Assembly (NCBI RefSeq): GCF_009914755.1
Contig: NC_060929.1
Reading direction: 5' to 3' (one strand)
Source of the DNA: the human T2T-CHM13v2.0 reference genome, Homo sapiens
Length of the DNA: 64,000 nt
Part shown: piece after piece, positions 43,440 through 61,340 of the stretch
Position numbering within the stretch: the stretch's first letter is position 1
Layout: every line of letters begins with the position of its first letter
The notes under the pieces: generated by a model
Seen by the model: only the letters and a program-made list of their open reading frames with translations
Databases searched by the model: none
Told to the model about the DNA's origin: nothing
Made by a program: the position numbers and the translations under genes

Positions 43440-43970
43440 TATGTTGTATTAACTATTTTTAAGTGCTAGGGAATGGGGTATATAAAAGACAATATGATCT
43501 CTTCCCTCACGAAGCTTATTATCTAGTTGAGAAGGTCACACTAGTGGAAAGTAAATAATTAGAGAAGTTAGTCAAGTCATATAATGGCAACTAAAAGTCT
43601 GATGAGGAGTTTAGAACTAGCAGAAAATTCTTACTGCTATAGACTCATCAGAGAGGGCTTCATGGAGGAAGTGAAGTGAGGCAGGTTTTAGGATTTAGCT
43701 ATTCATAGAGAGAGAGGGTCTGTGGGATTTTGGGCAGGAGCACCAGCATGAGCAAAGGAGCAGGAGTGGGAATGAGTGTGGGACATGAGAGGGCACGGTA
43801 TGCACATTTGGGGGAGCAGAAGGAAATAGCATTAGGGGCTAGGCAGGGTGGGGCCACATTCAGGAGGGCTGGAAGCCAAACAGTTGAGAAGCATAATAAG
43901 AAATAAAGAGTCTTTGTAGGTTTATGAGTGACATGAGGAAAGTGGTTGAACTGGAAATTCAAAGGTGGTG
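43440..43970 (-). mobile_element. L2 3' fragment
   Basis: gtgctagggga...cttccctcacgaagcttattatctagt...gggcttcatggaggaagtga...gcatgagcaaagg. Confidence 0.6.
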
Positions 43971-46900
43971 TCAGAAATATTGCTCCGAAAAGGTCATTTA
44001 TAAGTACACAGATATTTGGCAGTAATAATATGTTATACATCTGGAATCCTTTAAAGCTTCCACAGATCTCACTTAATCCTTGTATGTCCAGGAGTGGCCA
44101 ATGATTATTATCCCCAATTTACAGATGGGGAAACTGAGCTTTCAAGTGGTTGAGTGACCTCTCAGTATCACACAGTTAGAAAACGGGCAGATGGAGGAAC
44201 CCAAATCTCCTCATTCCTGGACCATTGGTTTTTCAGTGATGCCTCAGGGTGCAAGGGACACATCTTCCATTGTTAAGGGAACTACTTCTTGGAAAGAAAG
44301 ATGCCGTCAGTGTGTAGTTAATGTGTATCAGGTACTTTACATACATTTGGCATCATCAGCCTAATGGTCTTGTAGCTGTTGGTCAATAGCTCTATTTTAC
44401 AGATAAGGAAACTGAGGCTTAAGGAGGTTAAACAACTTGCCCAGCGCCACACATCCAGTTAGAGGCAGAGTGAGGGGCCCTGCTCCAAGTGTGCATGACT
44501 GTTTCTTGCCTTGGTTCTTCCCACACCTGACACTTGGGCACACTGCAGCTACTTCTACTTCTTGCTTTGCTCAGCGATGTGAGGGGTTGATTTTCAGGTT
44601 ACATATACAAAATTAAATTATTTTGGAATGAGTTCAAAGCAAGTGTCTTGGCTGAATATTACACCGTATTTTATGGAGGTGTCTGTATATCGAGTATATT
44701 GAGTGAATATTAGTAATTTCAAGAAACTAATTAGGAAAAGCAGAAGTTTGATCTCTGGTAGGAGTTTGAGGATATATGCTTATGCTTCTTCTAAGGCTCT
44801 CTTAACTTCGGGATGGAGATTCCTGTCCTCAGTGCAGCATGCAAGGTGCCTAGTGAGGAGACCCTTGCTTATGTCTCTCGTCTCAGCTTCTGCCTCCTTG
44901 TGTCTTGCACATAGCTACATGGAAGGAATATCAACTCCTGCACAGAGTTTCACATGTTCTCTGTGCTCCATGCATGTGCTGGAAGGTGCTGAAATGTGCC
45001 TCCTCTCTATAGCCCCTATCTGTCCTTCCCTTTAGCCTAGCTAACTGTGTTCATCCATCAAAACTAAGCACAACATCCAGTCTCCTCTGGGCTTCCCCTA
45101 CAGCTCCTTTCCAGCCCTTGGACCAGGTTTGGCATTCCTGCCCTCTGTTCCCCCCCGTCATGGCACTTCTACTCTGTGTTTTCCAGGAAGATAGCACAGA
45201 GGTGGAAGTGTATATGTGGTATGCAGGGATACTCAATCGGCCACCCTGGGTAGAATGAGTTTGCATAGAAAAGGTGTATGAAAGAAAGGGGCCTCAGTCA
45301 TAGAGTGCTTCAGCCATTTTGGGTGCAAACAACATAAATAGACTTTTTGGTGTCTAAATATCACCCTAACTTCTCTCCTTAAGTTAGGGTGCTTAAGTTA
45401 TTATCTGCTTAAGAGTGGACCCCTGCTTAAGCATCCTAGTCATGTACCAGCCCCTGGCTGCACTGGGGCAGGGAGAGGGACAATGAAATCCCATTGGCTT
45501 CTGTAAGGACAATGGGATCCTACTTCCTGTCAGTGCTATTCACAATGGGGGATTTCCCCAGAAGGGAGATCCAGGTGCTAGCAGAAAAAAGGGAAGGATG
45601 CCAGACAACCAGAACCCCATAAATGTCTGCTCTGGAGAAACCAGGAAGGAAGCATGGCCTGAGGCACTCGAGGGGCTCTCAACACCAGCCTCAAATGGCA
45701 GGTACAGGGAGAGGCCTTTCCTCTCTAGGAGCCACTGAGAGATTGGCAGTAGGGGAGTGGGCTAGGCACCCAGAGCAGCATTTTTAGAAGCTGAATCTTT
45801 AGTCGTGGGCCTCATGGCCTGGAGAGAGCTGGGGCTGAAAGTCTGAAAGTGGGGGGACCAGTCAGGAGATTAGTGTCTGTGTGCAGTAAACACGGAACCA
45901 GAAATCTGGAATTCACCATGAGTCATTAGCAGATGGGGATTAGAACTCATTGACCTTGGGGAAGTCATCAGACTTTTCTTGCCTCAGGTGAACACAGTGG
46001 CATAATTATGCTGGCCCACCCAGTGAAATGCTGCCGGAATGAACTCAGTCATCTCTTTCATCCAGATACAGATTCATCATGGTGTCAGGTTTAGCTCATT
46101 GCTTGTTTCTACCCCTTGTGTGTCTGATCATTTTCTAGTTACCACTCCTTTTTTTTCTGAAATGAAAAGTCAAGGCATGTGAAAACCTGACGTTCACAGT
46201 AATCTAAGCACATCCTTGCTCTGTCAGGGAGAGATTCTGCCTCCAGATGGTGCATTCATCTGGTCTTTGGCATGTTCTGAGCCAGGATTTAGACAAAATG
46301 AAAGGTTGTTTGAATACTAATGTAAAATCTCATTGGGCAAGGAAAACTGTCTATTTGGATTATGAATAGAATCTGTACAGTGGCCTATTCACTTCAATGT
46401 TAATTGTCACCATTTAGTGGAGCTGGACAGCATTTAGAAAATGAGGAATAACGCCTTCAACAAAGCTCTTTTCATGGACAGCTTTTACAATGTGCTCAAT
46501 TCTATGGCTCTTGAACAAAAGTCCATATTTTCTCCTTGGGTTTGTCATGCTCTGAGCTTGCACAACAACTAGGAGTTTGGCCTAACTATGGTTCACAGGT
46601 CAACATGTTTAACCTTTATGTGGAGACTTACAAGAGTGACAGCTTCTTGGTAGTTTTAATGATTTTTGACCTGTTTAATATTGTGTTTTATCTTGAGAAA
46701 TTATTTCTACATATCCTTACATTGGAACTGTACTTCACAGAGACCTTTAACACATTATCTCCTTTTATCTGCATAGGCCCATGCAAGAGAACTCCTGGTA
46801 TCTTAGTCTAATTTCCAGTGGGGTTTGTAAGAAGAGGGTTAAAATTGCTCTGTCCTTAACACTAAGAATAGAATTTCATTGTCCCTTTATTTGAGTAGCT

Positions 46901-48211
46901 CATAGTATTTTATACACACTAATTCATTAACCCTCAACAAAGTTCTGTGTGTAGGCAGTGGAAAATATTCTTTTCCCTGTGGCAGTATTTACACATTGAG
47001 AAACCAAGTCACGAGGCACAGCAGGGTTGGGCTGGTCCACAGGGAGCCAGGGGTAATTTGGGCCGCCCAGTTCTTAGTCTAGCCCTCTTCCTTGACCATT
47101 AGAAAACCTGAACATGTTTTTCTTTGGAAAATAATCATGATTTCCAAAGAAAATAGCCCTGAAGGCCAAATTCTACCCGGAGAACTGAACTGTAAAAGGG
47201 AAGAGTTTGGGGGCGGTTTTCTCACAAAATGGTTGATGTGGTTTCATTTTCTTATGTTGTCACTAAGTGTTTTGTCTGCTGTAGCCAGGAACCAGATGGT
47301 CAACATGGCAGTATGTTTTTGTTTCTAAGAACCAGTTTTTGAATGTCCCCATCTTGTTTTGCTGCTGATACCTTTCCAAGTGTCAGATGAGCAAGGCAGC
47401 ACCTGCTGTTCCAGCTCAGGCTCTGCAATAGGTGCCGAAAAGCCTCCCTTCTTCCCTTCTCAGATTTCAACATCCTTAAGGGCGAGAATGGTCTCTAATC
47501 TTCCTCCTTTTTACCTCTTTTCTTGTTCCTATGTGTGCTTTGGCAAGAGAGTACCTCAGTAAAGGATTTGGTGGGCAGAATAAAGCCCAGATCTGTATAT
47601 CTTGGTATCCAGGAGGCAGCTCGCCACATGTGGACACCTCAAACTTACTGAGTTACTGATTTCCATCCAAAACAGAATTCCTGGTTTCCTTTCCCAAATC
47701 TGTACCATCTGTGTCATTCCCTATCTCTGCTAGTGGCAATTTCATTATTTTCTCAGACGTCAAACTTGGGAGATTTTTGTCTCTCTTTCTTTCATATCCC
47801 ACTGCCAAATTGTCAGGAAATCCTATTGGCTCTCCCTTCAGAATATAGCCAGTTACTTCTCACCAGCACTTTGCTACCCTCAAATCTCAGACACCATCAT
47901 CTCTTCCCTAGATTATGGCAACTGCATCTAAGCACATCCTCCTGCATCTACCCTTGATCCCTCTTAGTCTGCCTGTGACTATTGTCAGAATGATCCTGTT
48001 TGTGTGTCTGTCAGATTATGTCACTCAGCTCAGAACCCTCAAATGGATCCTCTGCATACTCAGAAGAAAAGTCAACGTCCTTAGGAGGACCTACAAGGCC
48101 TTGCATAATAGATCCTTCATTTTCCTCTGTGTCTTCATCTTCTATTACTCTCCACTTCACTCTGCTGCAGACATACTGGCCTTCTTGCTGCTCCTATAAA
48201 AAGAATGTTGG

Positions 48212-48543
<332 letters not shown>

Positions 48544-50283
48544 TCATATTTCTTAGCATCTCTTTCCCATTTTTCACCTTCTCTAGCTCTGTGCTATATT
48601 CTGGGTAATTTCCAAGATTCAAATTCCAATATATTACTGACATTTTCACTTTTCTTCTTTGCTTTTTAACTTGTCCAGTGAAATTTCATACACGATACTT
48701 TTATTTTTAGGAGTTCTGTCTGGTTCTTTGTCAAGTTGGCCTGTTCCTTTCTGATGCTTTGAGTTATTTTTTAACATCTTTATTTAAACATAGTTATTTT
48801 ACAAAATATTCGATCAGTCTATCATTTGAAGTTCTAAAGGGCCTGTTGTTTGTACTGTCTTTTTCATGATGGATAGTTTTGTCAAGTGTTTCATAATATT
48901 GAATGGTGAGCCTATGTCCAATGAAACTTTAACTGGGGGAGTCCTGTAATTGTGAGTTAACCCCAAATGCATTACCAGTATGGAACCATTTTATATGTTA
49001 ATTTTTCAGTTAAAGGGCTCCAGGGAACCCTTCTTTCCTCACTCATCAAAGACTTAGGCTGAGACCAGAAACATTTCTTGTTTTTTCCTTTGGCTACTGG
49101 TCATATTTTTCTATTATCATTATTTGAATAAAGACATGGCCCTTTGGGGGTACTGCCTTATTTAGTTCTAACTCCTTACCACACATGGGCAAGATGTCTC
49201 CCCTTCCCTCAGTAGCCATTAAACCCAATCTTCTGGGCTGCTGAGACCATTAAAACACTTCAGGCAAAGATTCTTCGTAGGACATCACTCTGTTTTTCAA
49301 TGAGTCTTTATTTTATGACTTTGGGAGTGCTCCCTTGCTTTCTTGGGAGAGCACAACTATGCATTTAAGTAATTCTGAAACAGAGTCCATCCAATGCTTC
49401 AAGCAATAAGGTTCTCATGTTATTCAATCCATTATTTGGGTAGAAAGGAAGTCCTTTTTTTAAAAAAAAAAAAAAACTCAATTAACAAATCTTTATCAAG
49501 TCCTCCTGCAAGCTCACCCTGCCCACTCCTGGCAGGATTAGTCCCTCTCCTGTCACCCCATTTCTTCTCTTTACTCTAATGTTCATTACCTGGCATTGGC
49601 TGTTTCGCCCTGTGCTTCTTCTGATAGACTAAGAATTCCTGATGGCAGAGACCTGTCTTACTCACCTTAGAATTTCCAGTGCCAAGCACAGGGTAGAAGG
49701 GGAGGGTAACACTGAAAAGGGAGGATTTGAACACACCAGAGAAGAAGGGACTATTGTAGGCACACAGTCCCTCAGCTATTAGGAATGAATGGGATTCGGC
49801 CACAAGAGGAAGGAGAAGAGATGGATGGAGGGAATAGATGCAGAGCCAGAAAGGAAGAGTTTCAAAGGCCTAACCTGTGACCAGTTGATGAAAAATGTTG
49901 ATTTCAAAGTAGAGAGTGATATCTTCTGTTCAGAGTGAGGTGGGATCTTAAGGATGGAGGAAAACTGAAAGCACCACTGTGGTTCTTTTAAAAAAAATAT
50001 TGCAGTTAGGTGTAACTGAATTGGCAGAACATAACCTGGTGTGAGCTCATGACAGAGAATTGTACAGTGGATTTAGTCTAGCATTGGTATTATAGACTAT
50101 CTAGCAATAAATCACTGATTATAATTGAGTTTTGCTAGGCACATTCCACATCTGGGGAATTTTGCATAGTATCTGTGTTTTACTAGGTGCTCTGTACATT
50201 CTCATCTGAAATGAGTTTTTCTTCACAAATGTGTAATATAAATGTATAGACCACATACCTAGACAGGTCTGTGATGCATGCAG

Positions 50284-50285
<2 letters not shown>

Positions 50286-50322
<37 letters not shown>

Positions 50323-50340
50323 CACACACACACACCACAC
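50286..50340. repeat. (CA)n microsatellite
   Basis: ~55 bp of (AC)n with one GC interruption. Confidence 0.97.
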
Positions 50341-50611
50341 TCACAGGCAGGGGACTGTATATTTCTTGTAACTTGGCTAATAGGCCTGCTTGCCCCAAAC
50401 TCTGTATACTGACTGCCTTCTGTGTTCCCATCTTTGAGTCAGTGTTCTGAATCAAGGTATAGGCTGCTGGTAGGAAAGATCAAGATTTTAAACTCATTAC
50501 TACTCACTGTCATATTAACTTGGGTTATATCACTGAGTTAATTAACTATCACGTAGTACAGAATATGAACTTAAAGCACTAGTGAACAAGATAGGTAAAA
50601 GTTTGTTATGT

Positions 50612-50938
<327 letters not shown>

Positions 50939-50988
50939 TTAGTCCTATTAATGTGATGAAAAAGTACTGATTAAGTAATGACCTTATA

Positions 50989-53384
50989 CAGGCATATCTT
51001 GAAGATATTACAATTTCAGTTCCACATCACCACAATAAAGGAAATATTGCAATAAAATGAGTCACATGAGGTTTTTGGTTTTCCAGTGCATATAAAATTT
51101 ATGTTTAAATTATACTGTAGTCTATTAGGAATACAATAGCACTATGTCTAAAAAATGTAAATACCTAATTAAAAATACTTTATTGCCAAAAAATGCTAAG
51201 GATCATCTGAGCCTTTAGTAAGTCAATTTTTTTTTTTCTGGTAGAGAGTCTTGCCTTGATGTTGATGGCTGCTGACTGATCAGTTTGGTGGTTGCTGAAG
51301 GTTGGGGTGGCTCTTTAAAATAAGACAGTCATGAAGTTTGCTGCATTGATTGACTCTTCCTTTCATGAAAGATTTCTCTGTAGCATGTGATGCTGTTTGA
51401 AATAGCATTTTATTCATGGTAATACTTCTTTCAAATCTGGAGTCAATCCTCTTAACTTTGCCTATGCCTTATAAACTAAGTTTATGTAATATTCTAAATT
51501 TTTTGTTGTCTTTTCAACAACGTTCACAGCATCTTCACTAGGAGTAGTTTCCATATCAAGAAACCACTTTCTTTGCTCATCCATAATAAGCAACTCTTCA
51601 TCCACTCAAGTTTGATCATGAGATTGCAGCAGTTCAGTCCCATCTTATCGCTCCACTTCCAATTCTAATTCTCTTGCTGTTTCCATCATATCAGTAGTTA
51701 TTTCCTTCACTGAAGCCTTGGACCCCTCAAACCCTCATCCACGTCATCCACGAGGGTTGGAATCAACTTCTTTCAAATTCCTGTTAATGTTGCTATCTTG
51801 ACCTCCCATGAATCACAAATGTCCTTAATGACATCTAGAATGGTGAATTCTTTCCAGAGGATTTTCAGTTTACTTTGCTCAGATCCATCAGATTAATCAT
51901 TATTTATGGCAACTGTACTTACAAAATGCATTTCTTAAATAATAAGACTTGAAAGTCAAAATTACTCGTTGATCCTTGGGCTGCAGAATTAATATTATGT
52001 TGACAGGCATAAAAACAACATTAATCTCCTTGTACATCTCCATCAGAGCTCTTGGGTTACCAGGTACATTGTCAGTGAGCAGTAATATTTTGAAAGAAAT
52101 CTGTTTTCTGAGCAGTAGGTCTCAATAATGGCCTTAAGATATTCAGTAAACCATGCTGTAGGAAGATGTACTGTCATCCAGGCTTTGTTGTTCTGTTTAT
52201 AGAGCACAAGCAGAGTAGATTTAGCATACTTCCTAAGGGCCCTAGGACTTTTGGAATGGTAAATGAGCATCGGCTTCAACTTCAAGTCACCAGCTGTATT
52301 AGTTCCTAATGAGAGAGTCAGCCTGTCCTTTGAAGCTTTTAAGCTAGGCATTGACACCTCCTCCTTACCTATGAAAGTCCTAGATTACATCTTTTTCCAA
52401 AAAAAGGTTGTTTTGTCCACACTGAAAATCTGTTGTTTACTGTAGCCACCTTCATCAATGATCTTAGCCAGATTGGCTGGATAACTTGCTGCAGAGTCTA
52501 CATCAGAACTTGCTTCCCTTGCACTTTGATGTTCTGGAGATGGCTTCTTAAACCTCATGAACCAACCTCTGATAGTTTCCAACTTTTCTTCTGCAGCTTC
52601 TTTACCTCTCTTAGCCTTCATACAATGGAAGAGTTAGGGCTTTGCTCTGGATTAGGCTTTAGCTTAAGGGAATGTTGTATCTAGTTTGATCTTCTATCCA
52701 CACCACTCAAACTTTCTCCGTATCAGCAATAAGGCTGTTTCACTTTCTTATCATTCGTGTGTTCCTGGAGAAGTACTTTTAATTTCTTTCAATAACTTTT
52801 CCTTCACATTCACACCTTGACTGTTTGGCACAAGAGGCCTGCTTTCAGCTATCTTGGCTTTTGACGTGCCTTTCTCACTAAGCTCAATAATTTCTTGCTT
52901 TTGATTTGAAGTGAGAGACATGCAACTCTTCCTTTCACCTGAACACTTAGAGGCCATTGTAGGGTTATTAATTGGCCTAATTTCAATATTGTGTCTCAGG
53001 GAATAGGAAAGGCCCAAGGAGAGAGGCAGAGAAGAGGGAATGGCCAGATGGTGGAGCAGACAGAACACACATAACATTTATTCAATTCACCATATTTTGT
53101 GGGTACAGTTTATGACACCCCAAAACAATGACAATAACATCAAAGATTACTGGTCATAGATCACCATGCCAGATATAATAATAGTGAAAAAGTTTGAAAC
53201 ATTGTGAGAATTTTCAAAATGTGACACAGAGACACGAAGCGAGCACATGCTATTGCAAAAATAGTGGGGATAGACTTGCTCAATGCAGGATTGCCACAAA
53301 CTTTCAGTTTGTAAGAAACACAATATCTGCACAGAACACAAAAAAGCAAAATGCAGTAACTTGAAGCACAACAAGACATGCCTG
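50989..53384 (-). mobile_element. Tigger1 DNA transposon, near full length
   Basis: TIRs caggcat... / ...atgcctg, TA on both sides, ~2.4 kb; transposase remnants on the minus strand. Confidence 0.95.
52043..52960 (-). pseudogene. Decayed Tigger1 (pogo-family) transposase
   Basis: Frameshifted fragments: MASKCSGERKSCMSLTSNQKQEIIELSEKG; GWFMRFKK...[18 protein letters not shown]; KASKDRLTL...[13 protein letters not shown]...NNKAWMT. Confidence 0.9.
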
Positions 53385-54284
53385 TATTTGGTATGCACAA
53401 GCTTGCGTATCCTGTTGCTGCTAATGTTAGTTTCTTGGATTACATTTCTTTTCCAGAACAGGTAGAGAGTAGTTCAGTTCATGACATGTGAAGATCTGCT
53501 TTCATTTGGCGTTTACTGACTTACATTCTGTAAAACTTAGCATTTAGTTTCTAGTGTCTTTATAATAGTGCATTGGCCAAAATATTGAGCTTAGTGTTGC
53601 TTTAGGAAACACATTGATATGGGAGAGCCATAGGAAATATGATCTGAGAAGGGGACTTTTAGTTTTCTGAGGATTTGAGGATAAGTTAATACTGTGGAGA
53701 AGGAAAAAGCCCAAGTTCTTTCTGCCTCACAGCAAGCATGGCATTTTTTGGAGCACATCCAATATTAAGAGTTACACACTTGTCCAAGTGAAGATTGCCT
53801 GGAAAGAGAAAACCTTATTCTTTGGTTTCTCTTGGTGTGAAATATCAATAAGGAACTTATATATCACAAAATAAAACCATGTGCTGCAATGGAATCTATG
53901 CAGATTATACATTTTTAATTTTCTTCACAAAATATTTGAAATATTAGAATACAACTAATATGTCTTCATACCTTACTTAACATGGATTTTAATATAAAGT
54001 ATGAGTTATCAATTAAATTATAATGTAAGCTAAAGTATTCAGGATTTTATCTGGTAGGTATCTTTTAAGACAGAAATTTATATACTACTTTCCTAGGGGA
54101 TTACACTAAGGATTTTATTATGTAGTTAACTGGTATGACTTTCCTAGAATGTAGGAACCTGCCTGTGAGGAATACTCTTTCTGGAGAAGTTTTGGAGGGA
54201 GCTAACCTTTTCTCTTTGCTTTAAGGAAAAGGTACAGCTAAGTAACTGAAGCAAAATTAAAATCTGGCCAAATTTCTTTTTTAA

Positions 54285-54674
<390 letters not shown>

Positions 54675-55689
54675 TAGGCACCGAGTGCTGGATCTGCTCT
54701 CTCCAGGACTGGTGTGCCCTCGTTTCTTTCCTCTGTCCTTGCAAGCAGGCACAGGTCTCCACTAACTTAAAGACCAACATAAAGCAAAAGCTCCCTTCAT
54801 TTTATATCCATTGCACTTGAACTGGTAACTAGCAGCTTTCTGGTTTACAAAGACTATGGCCCTTTTCAGTCCTTGTCTTTCTTGGCCTCACCACAGTCCT
54901 CTGTAAGCTCCGAGCATTGTGCATTACTATTAAACTATTTGTTTAGCTCTCAATTGTTAGCAAACAGTTCATGTGTTTGGACTTGGCTGTCTGTAAACTT
55001 TTCAAGGGCAGGACCTTGTATTTCTTCATGCCCTTTGTAATATTCAGGACGATTTTTAAAAATAAATATTTGTTAGTTGAAGATTTCTTTGTAACTCATT
55101 GGAGTGTTGTAGGAAAGTTCTTTTTTGTTTTAACTTTGGATTTTAAATGCTGACTTTCACAAGTCTGTTTTGTATGTGAGAGAAATTTGTAGTTCTTGTT
55201 CTCAGCATATGTAGTTACGTTTGTGCAAGTTACAGGAGCCCTAGGGTAGAGGTGGATTTCAATCACAATAGCAATTTTTTGACTCACCTTTCACCAGTGA
55301 AACCATTTGATCTTCAGTTCTCACATTGTTTCTCCTTTCTTAAAACACCACTCATGAGTCCTTTTCCCAGTGCAGGCTTTTCTGATGACTTCAGCCAGAA
55401 AGCCCTGTCTTTTCCTGAACTCTCACAGCACTTAATGTTTAACTCGGTCATCCCCACATTTCCCTCCTTACTGCTCCACCTGCCTAGGTCATGCTACTTT
55501 TTCTACCAACACAGCTGTGGCCAAGGGGCCAACAACCTGTCAAATCATGGAACCAGTGGGTTCTTTTCAGTTCTTTTGTTTGTTTGCTTCATTTACCCTA
55601 AGACATTTGCCTTCTTGTCCATCTATTTATTGAAACTGTCTCCTTTCTTGGATTTTGTCATATACACCCCTTCTACATTTCTAACATAG

Positions 55690-55940
55690 CAATGGAGTTG
55701 GGTGATTGGGAGTGAGGGATCTGGATTCGAATCTTGTCTAGGTTTGAATCCTGGTTCTGTCACTTTCTTGTTGTGTGACCTTGGGCAAGGTGCTCAACCT
55801 CCCTGTGCCTCACTTTCCTTATATGTAAAATGGGGATAATAATAGTAGGTATAATATATGGTTGTAAAGATTAAATAAACTAAGAAGCACTCAGAACATT
55901 GCCTAGTATAATAGAGTGCTCAAAAATGTCAGCTCTGATT
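55690..55940 (+). mobile_element. MIR
   Basis: ggtttgaatcctggttctgtcac...tgtgaccttgggcaag...tgcctcactttccttatatgtaaaatggggataataatag. Confidence 0.85.
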
Positions 55941-56568
55941 GTTGTTTCTTGGACTATTCTTTCTTGATGTCTTTTATGAGCTCCTCTTCCTCTAGTTTTC
56001 TCTTGGAGTTCTCCAAGTTTCTGTTCGAAAATAAGTAATTTTGGCCTTGCAAGTAGCAACTCCCTTGATTAACTCATTGATTCCCAATGGCCTTAACTAC
56101 TATGTCAGATCAAAAATCTTTCTTTCCAGCCCAGACTTCTCTTTCTGAAGCTCCAGAACTGTGTTTTCAACCCTTCCTAGACACAAGTCATCACATTTCA
56201 TTTTTTTCTTCTTCTCATATGCTTCTCCTTGGTCAATGGCACCATCCACCTAGTTTCCCATGCTAGGAACCAAGGAGTCACATTAATTCTGCCTAGTTCT
56301 TATTTCCCACTACTTCTAGTTCAGCACCAAGGCCTGTCCATTTTGTCTCCTAATATCTCTTGAATTTATCTTTCCCCTCTGTATGACATTGCTTTCACTC
56401 AGCCTCTCAGTGTCCTTTGCCTGAAGGATAGCAGTGGTCTCTTACTTGGTTTCCCTGACTTTGATCTTTCTCCTCTTCTAGTCCATCCTTCACCTTCTGC
56501 CAGAAGATCTTAAAAAAACAATTTGCCTCACATCCCTTCCCCACTTAAAAATCCACTTACTGGCTTGA

Positions 56569-59950
<3,382 letters not shown>

Positions 59951-60739
59951 ACCACCCATATACATTTTTCTCAATAGCCCTGGAAGTGGTTATAGCCCTA
60001 TGAATAGGCTGCCTGAAAATGCAGACAAAAGAGAGAGGTGGTGTTGTCTCTAGTAGTTAGATTTATTAACTTCTGAGTACTCTTACTTGGAAACCCTTCT
60101 ATTGGAAGCCCTTCTAAGTAGCAGGAAGATTTTTCAAGTGCCTGTGTGTCCACAACTACTCTTTCTACCTCCACTTTTTTGTCTGTTCAGTCTATTCAGC
60201 AGTCTTTGGTTTAGTCTCATGAAAATATAACTTTAGGTGAGTTATTGCCCCACTTCAAACGCTTCAGTAAATTCTTGCTGCCTTTGGAAGGAGATTTTTA
60301 ACCAGAAGAATGTTTTTTTTTCTCTCGATTCTCACAACCTTAAACTAAACCCATGATCTCCCAAAAGAAAACCAATCTCATGATTTAGCAATTTCTTTGT
60401 ATTTGCCCATAAGTGGCATATCCTACCTTGTTCATTAGCTATATTCTGTAGGGTGGGTGTGAATTTTTTAATATATTTTAAAAATTCCAATTCATTCTTA
60501 AAGGATAAAGCTTTTCTGCCACACAAAATAATCCAAACAACATGTCACAAGCTGTGAAATAAGTTCTAAAAATGTTTTCAGTAGTAGCAAACTCATTGGA
60601 AAATGTAAATAATAATACTAAAAAAGAAAACACCACCTATAGTAGCCACCACAAAGGAGAGAAAACTAATAGGAGGCATACATTCTAGCATAATTTTTAA
60701 TTGAAATTTTAATTGATGTAATTGTAGACCCACATGCAG

Positions 60740-60992
60740 TTGTAAGAAACAGTAGAGATACTTTGTATACTCTGCCCAATTCCCCCAATGGAAACATTTT
60801 ATAAAACTATATTCAGACTTCTTGTAGTCTTAATATAACAACCAATCTAGACATTGACACATGTTATCAATTGTAAGAAACAATAGAGATACTTTGTATA
60901 CTCTGCCTAGTTCCCACAATGGAAACATTTTATAAAGCTATATTCAGACGTGTTGTAGTCTTAATATAACAACGAATATAGACATTGACACA
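60740..60992. repeat. Tandem duplication, 2 x 122 bp (period 131) within the L1 3' end
   Basis: 60740-60861 vs 60871-60992, 9 mismatches by eye. Confidence 0.93.
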
Positions 60993-61023
60993 ATTTTATC
61001 CATCTCATTCAACTTTACTAAGT

Positions 61024-61340
<317 letters not shown>

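Noticed and set aside
43599-43627. Hammerhead ribozyme core (CUGAUGA ... GAAA)
   Set aside because: Stem II is not closed next to GAAA, no stem I/III with an NUH site was found, and CUGAUGAG would be sequestered by its perfect complement
55252-55689. 145-aa ORF
   Set aside because: Non-ATG start, low-complexity F/S/L composition, overlapping pyrimidine-rich L2-like sequence
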